A DNA stretch of 64,000 bases from Octopus vulgaris (lineage: Eukaryota), in assembly GCA_951406725.2 (NCBI GenBank), contig OX597818.1, positions 122,698,001 through 122,762,000 of the forward strand, given 5' to 3'. This document shows positions 12,485-26,744 of the stretch, piece by piece. Numbering within the stretch: position 1 is the first letter of the stretch; each line of letters starts with the position of its first letter. Under the pieces are notes generated by a model. It was not told the origin of the DNA. It saw only the letters and a program-made list of their open reading frames with translations, and did no database searches. Both the position numbers and the translations under genes were made by a program.

Positions 12485-13314
12485 TAGACTGCTTATATTT
12501 AATTCCCACCCTAACTCAAAATGCTGACTGCACCCATATAGTGCTCACCAATAACGTAACAAAAATAGCAGTCGGTGTTAAACCGTATCACTGTTATCTT
12601 GATTCGTATTACTAAGAATTTGGCGAAATTGTATCGACACAACCTCGCCTTCAGTGACTTAATAATAAATAATCAACCTCGAGTCGATAGCCTCATTAGA
12701 CCGAAACTCAGCCAGATTGTCAAGGTGTTCAGGTTGATAATACAAGACTATAAACCAGTTCGTCGAAGGATTAAACTTCAGCGGCCACTGGTATGTATAT
12801 TCAGAAGACTGAAAAGAAGTTCTACGTAAAATGAAATAGCTTCCACAAAGACACAAGGCACTCCGGAGTCTATAGCTCGAACCAACTTCATAATGATAGG
12901 GACTCTACCATTTCTAACCACTAGGCTACGAGCCTTCCGCTTGATTTGGAAATGCTATTAATAATTAGGCATGATTGAAAAGATTCGAACTTATTACTTG
13001 TTATCGATAACTATTGCAATATCAACGTGTTTGCCTCTGCGGCAGTCCGTCCTTGTCTGGACATATTTAGTCAGAAAAGATAAAACCACCAGCTGCTATT
13101 TCTTTTATTAGCTTCTTACTGATCTGGACCAAACTGACAGCTATAATCCTGATATATACTTTACACACTCTGCTGAATCAATATCTTAAAAGCAATCATC
13201 TCTCTCTCTCACTCTGTCTCTCTCTCTCTCTCTCACTCTGTTTCTCTCTCTCTCTACTCACTCTCTTTGTCTGTCTTAACTTTTCTCTCTCTCTCTCATA
13301 TATATATATGTATA

Positions 13315-13368
<54 letters not shown>

Positions 13369-14227
13369 CCTGTATATACCTATATATCTATCTCTCTCTA
13401 TATATATTTACATATATGTATCTAAATCTTGTATGCATATGTGTGTCAATGTATGTGTGTGTATATTGGAATTTATGCATATGTATACATATAAATGTAT
13501 ATATTACATTTATATGCATATACACACACACATATATGTATATTTGTATGTATATGCGTTTATGAGTACATATAGCTATCGTTCCGTTTTCAGTAATTCA
13601 TTAGGCCCATCTCTGCCTCTCTCTATTCTCTCTCTCTCTTTTTCTTCCTCTACATCATTCTCACGCGGTTCTCTCGCCACCTCCGCCACCAACGCAATTT
13701 GCAACCTCCTGGCAAACCCATCTTCATTTTACTTCCGATATCTTTACATCTCCGTTTTCACTTCTTTCTTACCTTCGTTTTCTTTCCTTCCGATAAACCT
13801 CCTTCACTCACACCCCTTCTTCCCTCCCTGCCAACCATCCATCTTTTACTTAGCTTCCAATATTCTATAATTTACCTCTCTGTTTTTCTCCCAATAAATC
13901 CTATTCAACTACGACCATTTCTTCTTCCATCAGTTTCTTACAAACTCTCTTATTTTCTTACCTATCCAACTTGGTATTTTCCTCTCTATATTTCACTTGA
14001 TCTATGTCTTCAATATACCCTTGTGTTCTGGCTCGCTTTCTCTGTCTGTCTGCCTGTCTCTGTCTGTCTGTCTGTCTCTGTCTCTCTCTCTCGTTCGCTT
14101 TATTTTTCACACGCACTCATTTTCACTTTTGTTTTCATTTCCTTACTGTCCATTCTCTGAAACTACGAATACCATTGAAAGATAGTATATATAAATACAC
14201 ACATAAATATACATACACACACATACA

Positions 14228-14282
<55 letters not shown>

Positions 14283-14303
14283 CTATCTATCTATCTATCT
14301 ATA

Positions 14304-14336
<33 letters not shown>

Positions 14337-14338
14337 GT

Positions 14339-14416
<78 letters not shown>

Positions 14417-14423
14417 TGATATA

Positions 14424-14628
14424 TTCTTTTATTCTTTCACTTCTTTCGGTCATTTGACGGCGGCCATGCAGGAGCAGCGCCTTTAGTTGAACAAATCGAC
14501 TGCAGGACTTATTCTTTGTAAGTATGGTACTTATTATATCAGTTTCTTTTGCAAAAAAACTAAATTACAGGGACATAAACACACCAGCATCGGTTGACAA
14601 GCGATGGTGGAACAAACTCAGACACACA

Positions 14629-14684
<56 letters not shown>

Positions 14685-14788
14685 CAACGGGCTTCTTTCA
14701 GTTTCCGTCTACCACATCCACTCACAAGGCTTTGTTTGGCCTGAGACTATAGTAGAGGACACTTGCCTAAGGTGCCACGCAGTGGGAC
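14424..14788 (-). mobile_element. SINE family B, 5'-truncated
   Basis: Reverse-complement match to 11030-11401 (GTCATTTGACGGCGGCCATG...CTTTCAGTTTCCGTCTACC...GTGCCACGCAGTGGGAC). Confidence 0.85.
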
Positions 14789-14789
14789 A

Positions 14790-14866
<77 letters not shown>

Positions 14867-16054
14867 TTATTTATATATATGTGTGTGCGTATATATGTAT
14901 GCATGTATGTATCCAGAACAGCTTTGCTATCTCTGCATTGTTTCTGTTACTAACCCTCAATACCTGACCTGCTTTATTCTTTAATTTCCTCTCCTGTCTT
15001 ATTTTTCCTAGCTATAAATTTGGTTCAATCATGTATTCTTACGCTCTATTTTTTTTCTCTTCTGTCTTCTCCATCTTTTATTATCTTTCTCCATCTCTCT
15101 CCCTGAGTCTCTCCCTCCCCTCTCTCTGTCTCTCTCTTCTGATATCCTTGTAACTTCTTTGGTTTATTTTTTTCCGTAAACGTAGAAACGTAAATGCATA
15201 AACGTAGACACAGCTGCACGCTAACAATCTCAAAGGGCCGAATGCCAACGAAACAAACACAATAAGTCGACAAACCTGACTAAACAATGCCTTTGTAGAA
15301 GGGAAGTACTAAATAATACCTCCATCTCTCAAGGACAGACAAGTTATATTGAAGTCAATGTAAAAAGCAGCAGAATTTATAGCTTAGGAAGGCTTCAACT
15401 GCTTAACTATTTCTCAATGAGCTTACTCTATGTCGAACTTCTAAATTTCTGTACTTGAGTAATCATATTTTTAGCACCAATCGACATAGTAACGTCGCAT
15501 ATAAATTATTGAAGGTTTGCTGGTGTTTTAAGAAATAGTGTAGTATTACACGTCTTGACATACATACTTTAATAAAGGCCAGGTAAATAATATTGTATGA
15601 AAGGTAACTTTCCCGAAAGCTGTATCAAAGAGACGATTTCTATATCTAACTGAAAGATTTCATTTAATTTATGTATTTATGTCGCTGTTATTTTTAAAAA
15701 TGGCACATAATCAGCTAATTTGATGTTACTTTCTTTGAATTTGAAAGTATTTGTCCCAAGAGGGATAAATAAGTAAATAAAATTTGTAAAGTATCTGTCA
15801 GTTTCTTCTGGCGAGTCGTTTTAGATCACGATAGAAGTTATATGAAACATTATCAAGATTTTAAGAGTGCAACATTTACCGCAAACGTATCATCTCGGGA
15901 GGTGATTTAGCCGTTATTCAGAAACAACAATGATTTTCTTTTCTAATTGTTATAGGTCCTTATCGCGAGTAGACTAGACATCTGCCTGGGCTCCACAGTG
16001 GAACGTCAAAGATGTAGCAGTTGCGTGGGGCGTGTATGGGCTGCCCGAATATTA

Positions 16055-16197
16055 AGTTGGTAGTCATTTTCAGCTGAATAGACTGGAGCAAATTCAAACG
16101 AAACAGACTTCTCATAGTTAAAATGCGTCGCCCAGTCCTAGAAACGAACTCACGGTTTTATGATGAGTCAAACCACAACTAGACCGCACTCGGCACT
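16055..16197 (-). mobile_element. Old tRNA-derived SINE (family D), degraded
   Basis: TAGTCATTTTCAGCTGAATAGACTGGAGCAA...; resembles the reverse complement of 42465-42607. Confidence 0.45.
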
Positions 16198-17094
16198 ATT
16201 AATAGGAAGCATCAAACGTCGTTGACGAAGTTCGTGGGGTATGCCTGACGAAGGAAAGATGAAATTTTACGTCAAATATTATAATGGGCACCAGTGCATT
16301 GTAAAAAGGAAAGATACAGACTTTGTTGATATCATTGTGCAGCAACGGCAGGAGGAGATATACTTCTAGAAAAACACTGTTGTAGAGATGATGGAGCACA
16401 AGCAAACATGGAAGAGACTAGTCAATAAGATACGAGTGCGCTTTTTACTAACACTCAATATTTCCGTGTATGATACGAAACTTCCACGTCGTTGACAGCC
16501 AAATTTAATTTGACAGAGATACACTGCAATGTTGTTGATGAAGTAAAGCCAAATAGACAGCAAATTAACCGAGTCACTTTTTCCCTGACACTCAGCGCTC
16601 AAAGCTGAAATCTAACCAATATCAGCTTTAATGTTAATTTTATCGGGTCGATAAAAAGCGTTCAAACCAAGAGCGATAAGTGACCGGAACCGAAAGAACC
16701 TTGGTTTAGATACCTTGTGGCATTACTTCTGGCTCATTACAATACTAGTTCAAAACTCGCAATAGCCTATATGAATGGTAGGCTTCATCCGTCGCTCAGT
16801 TCAAGGCCAGTATGTGGTCCTTAAGTACGTGTTCCAGGGTCCAATAATTTTCATACTATTCAAAACAGATGTCTGGTCTCAGGATACCTCTCTCACTCTC
16901 TAACTTCAGTCTGTGAGTGCCGGTAAAATGTCGTCGAGAAGGCCTTCCATCCTAATTAACAGATGTAAACAGCCTTACAAGTTAAACTGTAGCAGACAAA
17001 ACAAATCTACATAATAAATAAAAACAAATTCACTTCCCTACGTTTTCACTGACCACTTCTAAACTGACTGTTTAAATATTCTAGTTAGAAAAGG

Positions 17095-17380
17095 CATTCA
17101 GCTGGCAATTTTTGTTAGCATGACGGGCAAAATACTTAGCAACATTTCATCCGTCTTCAAATTCTGAGTTCAAATTCTGCCGAGGTCAACTTTATCTTGC
17201 AGCCTTTTGAAGTCAATAAAATAAGTACCGGTTGTAATCTCCCTACCCGCATCTCCAAAATTGCTGGCCTTGTACCAAAATTTGAAACCAATATTCTGGA
17301 GAAATGGCAGCGAGCTGGCAAAATCGTTAGCACACTGGAAAAAATGCTTCGCGGCATTTCGTCCGGCTTTACGTTCCAAG
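17095..17380 (+). mobile_element. SINE family A copy plus a second head fragment
   Basis: TTCTGAGTTCAAATTCTGCCGAGGTCAACTTT and tail CCAAAATTGCTGGCCTTGTACCAAAATTTGAAACC; a second head GGCAGCGAGCTGGCAAAATCGTTAGCAC at ~17306. Confidence 0.8.
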
Positions 17381-17384
17381 TTAA

Positions 17385-18350
17385 GTAAAGAAAGACTCAA
17401 CTCTGAAAACAGAGAGGAAGTTGACACAGATCTTGATCAAGCACGAGGATCACTTTACACCAATGAAATACAGACAATTGACTCAACACTACAGTAAACT
17501 ACCACACATGTATGATCTCCCTAAGATTCACAAGGATAGTATTCCATTAAGACCTATAGTGAGCTGTAGAGGTTCAGCATCTCATCCACTGAGCCGCTCC
17601 TTGTGGATATAATCAGTCCATTAGCAGGAAACTCAACATCATTCGTGTAGAAATCCGCCCACTTCACAGAATTGATCAAGGATACCCCCATTGAATCCAA
17701 CCCGATGGTGAGTCTAGATGTGATAATTCCCAACTGACGAAGCACTATCGGTGATTCAAGAGAAACTAGTGACAGACACCCATCTAAAAGAACACACTAG
17801 TATACCAATAAGAAACTTGATGGAAATGTTGACCTTCTGCATAGAAACTACCTACTTCAGTATGGGCACTGATATATATCGATGGGTTTATCTATGGGTT
17901 CACCATTATCACCGATAATAACCAATATATACAAGGAATACTTTGAGAAATGATTTTAGGATCAGTACCACTAAAACCAACCCTATGGCTTCGATATGCT
18001 GATGACACCAAGAAGATGTCTAAGTGCTGTCAGATCATTTGAACTCAATAAAGCTATCCATACAGTTCGCGATGGAAAAGGAAAAAGACAATCAGCTAGC
18101 GTTCCTGGACGTATTAATAATACGCACCAAGTATGGATTCAGGGCATCCGTATACCGCAAGTCAACCTTCACTGGACGATACTTCAACTTCAATTCCCAC
18201 CATCGATACCGTGTAAAGAGATGGATTGCTCAGTGCCTAAAACATCGAGCAAAGAATATCAGTAGTGATTGTGATACCTACCACGAAGCTAAGTAACAAT
18301 CTATTAAGCAACAACTACCCGCAAAACACTATCCACTCCAACAAACAAGA
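17385..18350 (+). mobile_element. Penelope-like reverse transcriptase pseudogene
   Basis: YDLPKIHKDSIPLRPIVS, MVSLDV, SMGSPLSP (17891), WLRYADDT (~17986-18009) and LNSIKLSIQFAMEKEKDNQLAFLDVLI...VYRKSTFTGRYFNFNSHH, broken by frameshifts and stops. Confidence 0.92.
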
Positions 18351-18764
18351 TGAGGTCAAATATCCGTCTAATGTAAATAGTGTACATAATTCCTCATCTC
18401 TTAAATATAGAATTGTGAAATCGACTTTGTCTGTCATCCTTTCGGGGTCAGCACTGAAATCGACGTAATAGATTCCCCACTCAGTATTTCATAGATATCC
18501 ACTTCACTCAGTATTTGTGAGCATAGTAGTATGCATTGTTATTCTCTCCTATGTCATATCATTTCTTCTGTTAGTTCTTCCAGTTCTGTTTATTTGTTTC
18601 TGATAATTTAAATACATTTATCAGCAATGTATGGCTGTTATTAAAACCTCGCTTTCGGTATCGCTGCACAGCATCTTCAACAAGTTTCTACTACTATGGT
18701 TTCAGAAAAATCAATGGCTTGTAAGTGAATTTCATCACGAAGAAAGCTCGTTCTCTATCTATTA

Positions 18765-19030
<266 letters not shown>

Positions 19031-19074
19031 CTATCCATCTATCTATCCATGCGTATTCGTGTTAGTGTTTGAGT

Positions 19075-19270
19075 TGTGTTTCTTCAACAGCAACAATATG
19101 ACAACAGGTGTTGCTTTGCTTATGTTTCCATAACTTAGCGGCTCAACGTAAGAGTCCGATATAAGTACCAGATTTAAAACTATGTACTGGCGTCGATTTG
19201 TGCGACTTTACCCTTCAAGGCAGAGAACCAGCATGGCCACAGGCCAACAAATTAAGCAAGTAAAACCTGA
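19075..19270 (+). mobile_element. SINE family B 3' part, degraded
   Basis: TAACTTAGCGG...GATATAAGTACCAG...GTCGATTTGTGCGACT...CCAGCATGGCCACAG. Confidence 0.65.
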
Positions 19271-19671
19271 AAGGAAATACTTCTGATTGATAAATACTTA
19301 AAAGTTTTCACATAGCACGGCTGCAACTCAATGGCTAAAACCAATCACAGAATAAACGAATAGTAGAATTCCTACATACTGGTAATCTGGAATTTTTCAC
19401 ATGAACTACACACTATATATATATTCCCTTCAGCAGATTTTCAAAGTTTGCCGTTAGTGTTTCCGACTGTCTTCATTCCTGCTGCCTCCGGCAGATGCTG
19501 GTGTTGTTACTGATGTCGCTGCTGACCACCGATATTTCTCATGCTAATGTCGGCAGTATTACTCTGCCAAGTGCTCTTGTTGTTGTTATCGTTGTTATTG
19601 TTGTTTCCGTCGTTCGTTGTCTCTGCCGTTTTCGGTTGCAAACACTGTCGTTGCTGTTGTTGATGCTGCTG

Positions 19672-19753
19672 TCTTCTTCTTCTTATTCTTCTTCTTCTTC
19701 TTCTTCTTCTTCTTCTTCTTCTTCTTCTTCTTCTTCTTCTTCTTCTTCTTCTT

Positions 19754-19814
<61 letters not shown>

Positions 19815-19817
19815 CTT
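19672..19817. repeat. (TTC)n array forming the (GAA)n tail of the adjacent SINE C
   Basis: Tandem TTC abutting the 3' end of the minus-strand SINE. Confidence 0.9.
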
Positions 19818-20294
19818 CCAATCAGGACTCACGCCATTAGCCACAAAGAATAATCCCTAATTCGAGCCTACTCTAAGCTACTAAGAATGCACGTGGCAAC
19901 TTGAAGGTCCACCCACCACACGCGATAGACTGGCGGTTGCACGGGCGCGAAAGCTACGTTGTTATTCTCATTCCGTAAACGGTGGTTTTCAACGGGTGGA
20001 GAGCAGAACCATCCTGGGGTACTGAGGGTTCGCAATCTAGACTAGGGTCTGAAAGTTTACCAACACCGTATTGAGTTACACAATGGTTGCTCTGCTTTGT
20101 GGCAGAAGTAGAAAGAAAGAATGGGAAAAAGTTGTGGCGATAGAGTACAGCGGGGTTCACCCCCCACCGCCGGAGCCTCGTGGAGTTTAGGTGCTTTTGC
20201 TCAATAAACACTCACAATGCCCGGTCTGGGAATCGAAACCGCGTTCTTACGACCGTGAGTCCGCTGCCCTAAACACTGAGCCATTGCGCCTCCA
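19818..20294 (-). mobile_element. tRNA-derived SINE family C, tail variant 1
   Basis: The minus strand starts TGGAGGCGCAATGGCTCAGTG (A box)...GGTTTCGATTCCCAGACCGGGC (B box) and matches 44529 for ~165 bp before diverging. Confidence 0.85.
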
Positions 20295-20736
20295 CTGATG
20301 CTGTTGTTGTTATTGTTCCTGTTGTTGTTGTTGTTGTTGTTGTTGAAGTTGTTGCCATTGTGGTTCTTTTGGTTGCTATTGTATTACCTGTTTCTTGTTG
20401 TTTTTGCTTTAACTTTTATTGTTGTTAGTTTTGTTGTCGATAAGGTTGCAGCTGCTGTTGTTCATGTTGTTCCAATTATTTGCATTAGTAGTTGTTGCTG
20501 CTGCTGTTGAGATCAACGCCGCTGTTTTTACCACTGAAGCAATTTAAATCGTCAGCAATGCTGATGATAACTACTTTCTCTCATCGATTTTATTTCATTT
20601 CATTGTTGAGGGACTTTCCTTCATCATTAACACCAAATGGTCCTCTTATCCTTCTGATATAAACTCACGCTTCTTCTGACACTGCAGTAGTCTAATTTGG
20701 AAGTGATAAAAAGCGACGCATCTTACTTTCATGGAT

Positions 20737-21191
<455 letters not shown>

Positions 21192-21500
21192 ATTTCTACA
21201 ATAAGAACACGACCTGAAATTTTGGGGGAGGAGTTAAGTCGATTACTTCGACCCCAATACTCAACGGGTACTTCATTTGAACTCAGAACGTAAAACACAG
21301 AGAGGAAAAACAAGGACAGATAAACGGACTAAGTCGATTATATCGACCCCAGTGCGTAACTGGTACTTATTTAATCGATCTCGAAAGGATGAAAGGCAAA
21401 GCCGATCCCGGCGGAATTTGAACTCAGAACGTAGCGGCAGACGAAATATCGCTAAACATTTTTTTCCGGCGTGCTAACGATTCAGCCAGCTCGCCACCTT
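21192..21500 (-). mobile_element. SINE family A composite (A1 followed by partial A2)
   Basis: Minus-strand head at 21500, A1 tail (CCGTTTATCTGTCCTTG), then a second partial unit ending in the A2 tail (CTCCCCCAAAATTTCAGG). Confidence 0.8.
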
Positions 21501-21531
21501 CATGAAAATAAATAAATAAATAAATAAATAG

Positions 21532-21601
<70 letters not shown>

Positions 21602-21645
21602 TAATAATACTGATAATAATAATAATGATAATAATAATGATAATA

Positions 21646-21712
<67 letters not shown>

Positions 21713-21859
21713 GAAGAAGAAGAAGAAGAAGAAGAAGAAGAAGAAGAAGAAGAAGAAGAAGAAGAAGAAGAAGAAAAAGCAGCAGCAGCAGCAGCAGCAG
21801 CAGTAGAGGAAGAAGAAGAACAACAACACAGACGACTTTACATCCAGATAGAGTAAAGT

Positions 21860-22530
21860 CTTAAAATCGACATGACAGTGTTGACGAGTGTCTATACTGG
21901 TTAATATATCGGCATTATAAAATCAAAACGCTTGATAAGTGGTATAAGCATCACTCTGAGGTTGTAATTGAGGGGGAAAACGTTAACTTTTCTCCTGGGG
22001 ATTTCCTCTACATACAGACAGAATAATCAAAGCTAATAAACCGAATATTATTGTAAAAGACCAAAACAATAAAATCAGTTTATTGATTGGCATGAGTATC
22101 CCTTGTGATCATATTATTGCATCAAAAGAAAGTGACGAGCTCAGAAAATATACGAATTTGCTAATTGGAATCGGGAAAATAAGGCATCTCAAAGCGATTA
22201 CAAAATCCGTGATTGTAGGATTACTAGGAATGAACAAAGAGGAACTGAAAATTATTTGAGAATGATCCCTGGCCTATCATTCCTACATGATGTACGAAAA
22301 TTGTTTTAAATTGTACGTCACACGTATTGAGAAGTTATTGTCGCTGTGAGACGGGCTACCCTCCATGAAAATAATTCCTTTTGCGTATCTTTGTTGGATT
22401 TTACAAATGAGCAATCTTCTGCGTTTATTTTAATAGCCTATCAAAGTATATAGTGAGGTTCTTTGCCCTAAGTGCCGGGAAGACTCCCAGCAAGAAATGG
22501 TAACAAAACTACAGGAATAAGAAAACCCAT
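21860..22530 (+). mobile_element. R4/Dong-like RLE retrotransposon 3' fragment (family 2), degraded
   Basis: RHDSVDECLYWLIYRHYKIK...HTDRIIKANKPNIIVKDQNNK...SIPCD...RKY...VIVGLLGM, downstream of an (AAT)/(GAA) array. Confidence 0.85.
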
Positions 22531-22535
22531 TATAA

Positions 22536-22915
22536 TGACTTTAATCAGTTCAGCATTTCCCTTGGTGGCTGACAATATTTGCATCCCTAACCACGAGTAC
22601 CATAGCCATGTATTGAGAGAAATTCTTTGAGGTTTGAATAATTCACCTCTGTTTCGTTCAGCATCCTTATACAACCCTCATTCAGGGACCCTTTGAGCAG
22701 GATGGGCTACCCAACTTGAAGATAAAACTTAATTGGGCTCGACCTGCAAGGTCATGCAATCTTTATCATGATATGATATCACCATGTTGCACATTTTTGG
22801 TTGTGATGCATGTGCCTGGTGTACCCTTATTATACCGGTAGCCATGATGGGTATATTGGGCTTGGTATATTTGTACCACAGTGTCAATTTAATGGCATAT
22901 GCTACACTGTCACTC
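22536..22915 (+). mobile_element. T-element, old 5'-truncated copy
   Basis: Matches the 3' two-thirds of 36505-37060 and ends CACTC followed by (AAT)n. Confidence 0.85.
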
Positions 22916-22968
<53 letters not shown>

Positions 22969-22999
22969 ATATAGTAATAATAATAATAATAATAATAAT

Positions 23000-23078
<79 letters not shown>

Positions 23079-23083
23079 TTTAA

Positions 23084-23114
<31 letters not shown>

Positions 23115-23117
<3 letters not shown>

Positions 23118-23990
23118 TGCGTTTAAACAATTGACTGATAGGTGTGAACAAAAAACCTCCGCATGGCAAATATGTGGCCCGTAGCAAACAAGTTGATGTA
23201 GACCAGAAGCACACCCATCGGGGCTTAAGGCAGAGAGTGAAGGCTTTATCTTGGTTGCCCAAGATCAGAGCTTGTTGACCAGGAACTATCAAGCCAATGT
23301 GAGGTAAAATGGTGTAGACCCAAAGTGCCAATACTGCAACGTTTGGCTAGACCACCCAATCTCTGGATGTAAGGTTTAGGACCTGTAGAGTACAAATCAA
23401 GACATGACAAAGTTGGCCAACATCTAAACTGGATAAGTTGTCGGCATTATAAAATCAAAACTGCTGACAAATGGTACAAGCACCACTCTGAGGCTTCAAC
23501 TGAAGAGGAATAGTAACTTTTCTTTGGGAATTCCCAGTATGTACAGAGCGGACCATCAAAGTAGATAAACCAGATATTGTTGTGAAAGACCAAAACAATA
23601 AAATCTGTTCATTAATTGACCTGAGCATACCCTATAACCATAATATCTCAGCAAAAGAATTTGACACGCTCAGAAAATATAAAGATTTGTTCATCCAAAC
23701 CGAAAAGATGTGGCATCTCAAGACGGTTACAATACCAGTAACTGTAGAAGCACTTGGAATGTTCGAAACGGGAACTGAAAATAAATTATTTAAGCATGAT
23801 CTCTGGCTTACAATCCATGCAGGAAGTACAAAAGATTGTCTTAACTAGTAAGTGACACGTATTGAGAGAAGCACCGTTGCTGAGAATTTTCTTCCCCCTT
23901 TACACCTCTATTTTCTTTGTTTATTTAAAAAAAAAAATTTATTTGTGTTTAATCTAATGGCCTACCAAAATAGACAGTAGAAACAAAATT
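23115..23990 (+). mobile_element. R4/Dong-like RLE retrotransposon 3' fragment (family 2)
   Basis: HGKY...GLKAESEGFILVAQDQSLLTRNYQ...KCQYC...ISGC...RHDKVGQHL, and ORF 23582..23848 (LIDLSIP...KYKDL...MWHLKTVTIPV). (AAT)n lies on both sides. Confidence 0.9.
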
Positions 23991-24038
23991 GAAAGATGAT
24001 GATAATGAAATGATAACAACAACAACAACAACAACAAT

Positions 24039-24113
<75 letters not shown>

Positions 24114-24136
24114 TATTATTATTATTATTATTATTA

Positions 24137-24313
24137 TAACACCATATAGAAGAAATTGCCATAAAACCCAGTTTAGTACAGCTCCAGAAAACAATGTTAT
24201 TAGGGGCAGCTAGGATACTTAGGAAGGTTCTTGGCATCTGAGATTACTTGTAACCCGATGTTAGGAACTTTTCTTTTCCGACAGTCTCCTCTGTTGTTGT
24301 GCATATGCGTGAT
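24137..24313 (+). mobile_element. R4/Dong-like extreme 3' end (family 3)
   Basis: HIEEIAIKPSLVQLQKTMLLGAARILRKVLGI* (compare IQKIALLGTAHILRRTLS at ~39050-39105), a short UTR, then (AAT)n. Confidence 0.8.
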
Positions 24314-24314
24314 G

Positions 24315-24447
<133 letters not shown>

Positions 24448-24526
24448 TCATTATTATTATTATTATTGTTGTTGTTGTTGTTGTTATTATTATTATTATT
24501 ATTAGTAGTAGTAGTAGTAGTAGTAA

Positions 24527-24567
<41 letters not shown>

Positions 24568-25349
24568 TTGGTGGTGCTAGTAGTAGTAACGGCAGCAGTA
24601 GTACTAGTAGTTGTTATTGTTGGTTCACTTGAAATTTTCACCATTCAAATACCAACATCGCGCAAAAACATTGGTACGAATATAAAGACAGAATGCCTCC
24701 CAAAAATCATCATAGGATTGAACTGCAAGTTTTCCTTGCAGGTGTCTCCAAGCATGATCAGTAAACAATTGTAACCTTAGACTACTGACTTCAGGCATCT
24801 AACACTATCCATCATACCAAACAAAATAAGCTGAGTGTTTTCATTAAATGATAACAATAATCTTTTCTGCCATAGGGACAAAATCTGAATTTTTAGAGGA
24901 GTTAGTGTATTAGATCGACCTCAATGATTAACTGAGCGGAATATGAAATTGGAACGTAAATATCACTAAGAATTTTGTCCGACGTACAAGTCGATTAGCT
25001 CCACCTCTTAGCTGGTACTTATTTCATCGGCCACGATAAACATGAGAGGCAATGTCAACTTTCGCGGAATTTGAGCTCAGAACATGAGGACAGACGATTA
25101 TTATCTCACCGCCTTATTACATGATAAACATTTATAATGGATTTTCTAAAGCTCTGCGCAGATGTTCGGTCTACATATCGCGATAATTCAAAGAATTATT
25201 CATCAATATTGCACTTGGTAAAGCAGGTAACGTTGCATTAAAGACTCTTGAATGATTGTCGTGAGTAATATTTTATCAAAAGGTAATTGTCTTAGATATA
25301 CTAAACAGAAATTGCATTGTATACATAATCATAACTTTTGATATATATA

Positions 25350-25724
25350 CACTACCGTCAGAAATTAATTAGCACCCTTGATTTGCTCTTCACTCAAGGT
25401 ATGTGCTGTCACCTAGTGGCCATATCTCGAACTATTGCTTTGTTTCGAGTTCACTGTTGCGCAGAACGATGACGTAACATTGTTTGCAGAGCAGTTTGAG
25501 AGTCTACAGCCTTATGATGTTGACATAGCAGTGCAACAACTTGGAGTGCGGATGCAGACAAATCTTCCTTTGTTTAATAGATATAGGTAGCGCCTCGCAA
25601 GGACCGAAATCACACCATACTAAGTTTTCTCATCGCGTAAGACGTTTTGAACAGCTCATAAGGTTAATTGATTTAACCTATTTAATGTAGAAATTAGAGA
25701 AGTGCTAATTAATTTCTGACGCAA

Positions 25725-25727
<3 letters not shown>
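25350..25727. mobile_element. Tc1/mariner-type MITE (378 bp)
   Basis: 26-bp TIRs CACTACCGTCAGAAATTAATTAGCAC (25350-25375) and GTGCTAATTAATTTCTGACGCAAGTG (25702-25727) with 2 mismatches, flanked by TA within (TA)n. Confidence 0.88.
25406..25422 (+). promoter_or_regulatory. CTCF-like motif inside the MITE
   Basis: CTGTCACCTAGTGGCCA closely resembles the bilaterian CTCF core GCCACCTAGTGGCCA. Binding is not shown. Confidence 0.4.
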
Positions 25728-25801
<74 letters not shown>

Positions 25802-26744
25802 TATATTAACGATTCAAACGGAGGACATCTACACGGTCCGCTGTAAGTAATTGTTAACTCACCCACATTTTTCACCAAATTGTCTGAAAAAGAGTGTAAA
25901 GTGGACGATAATATGGTACTGGGTGCATTATGAAAACCAAAACATTACATGGATATAGCTGGAATGTCTTTGGTGATAAGGATACCGAATAGGAGCTAAT
26001 CTAGGTCTGAATACCAGCAAATGCGATATGTATTGTTAACTATGTCAAACAAACAGCTAAAGAAGTATATTTGTAATTCAATGAACGTTAAGCGGCTGTG
26101 AATTAATGTGACAGGATAGAAAAAGAAAATAATGGCTGAATTTAAAATATGCCAACCAAAAGCCAACACAAAGATTGGATCCACAATGAATACAAAGTTG
26201 TAGCAACCTTTCAGATTTCAGAGCAGCCAATCCATCCATCCATACAAATGCATAAATGAAAAGGTAACATACAATGTTATGGAAATTTAATTCGCCTGTT
26301 GACAAATGTGAATGTGAGATAAAAGGTTAGGGCTAAAGTTTGACACAATGATACGAAGCATCGTATGCACTTATTGCACTGACTTTAATTTTAGAATTAC
26401 ATATACGCAAATATAATGAATTGTACACAATGATATGAAGCGCAAAGAGTTAAAGACTAACATTCAAGCGTTGAAATTAAGAGAGAAGGTACAAAAAGTA
26501 TAACATATGTAGACATTTTTAAACTTCATTATTTAATTAAAGATATTTTGGAACGCTAAAATTACGAGAGAATTGCAATATTTTCAAGTTGAAGAGACTA
26601 GAACAAAAAGATTTTTATGCCCATAAAAGACGAAAACTCCGAATGAAACACACACACATACACACACACTACACTACATTACACCACACCTCACACACAC
26701 ATACAACTACACACACACACAAAATATTATCATGCGAGATAATC

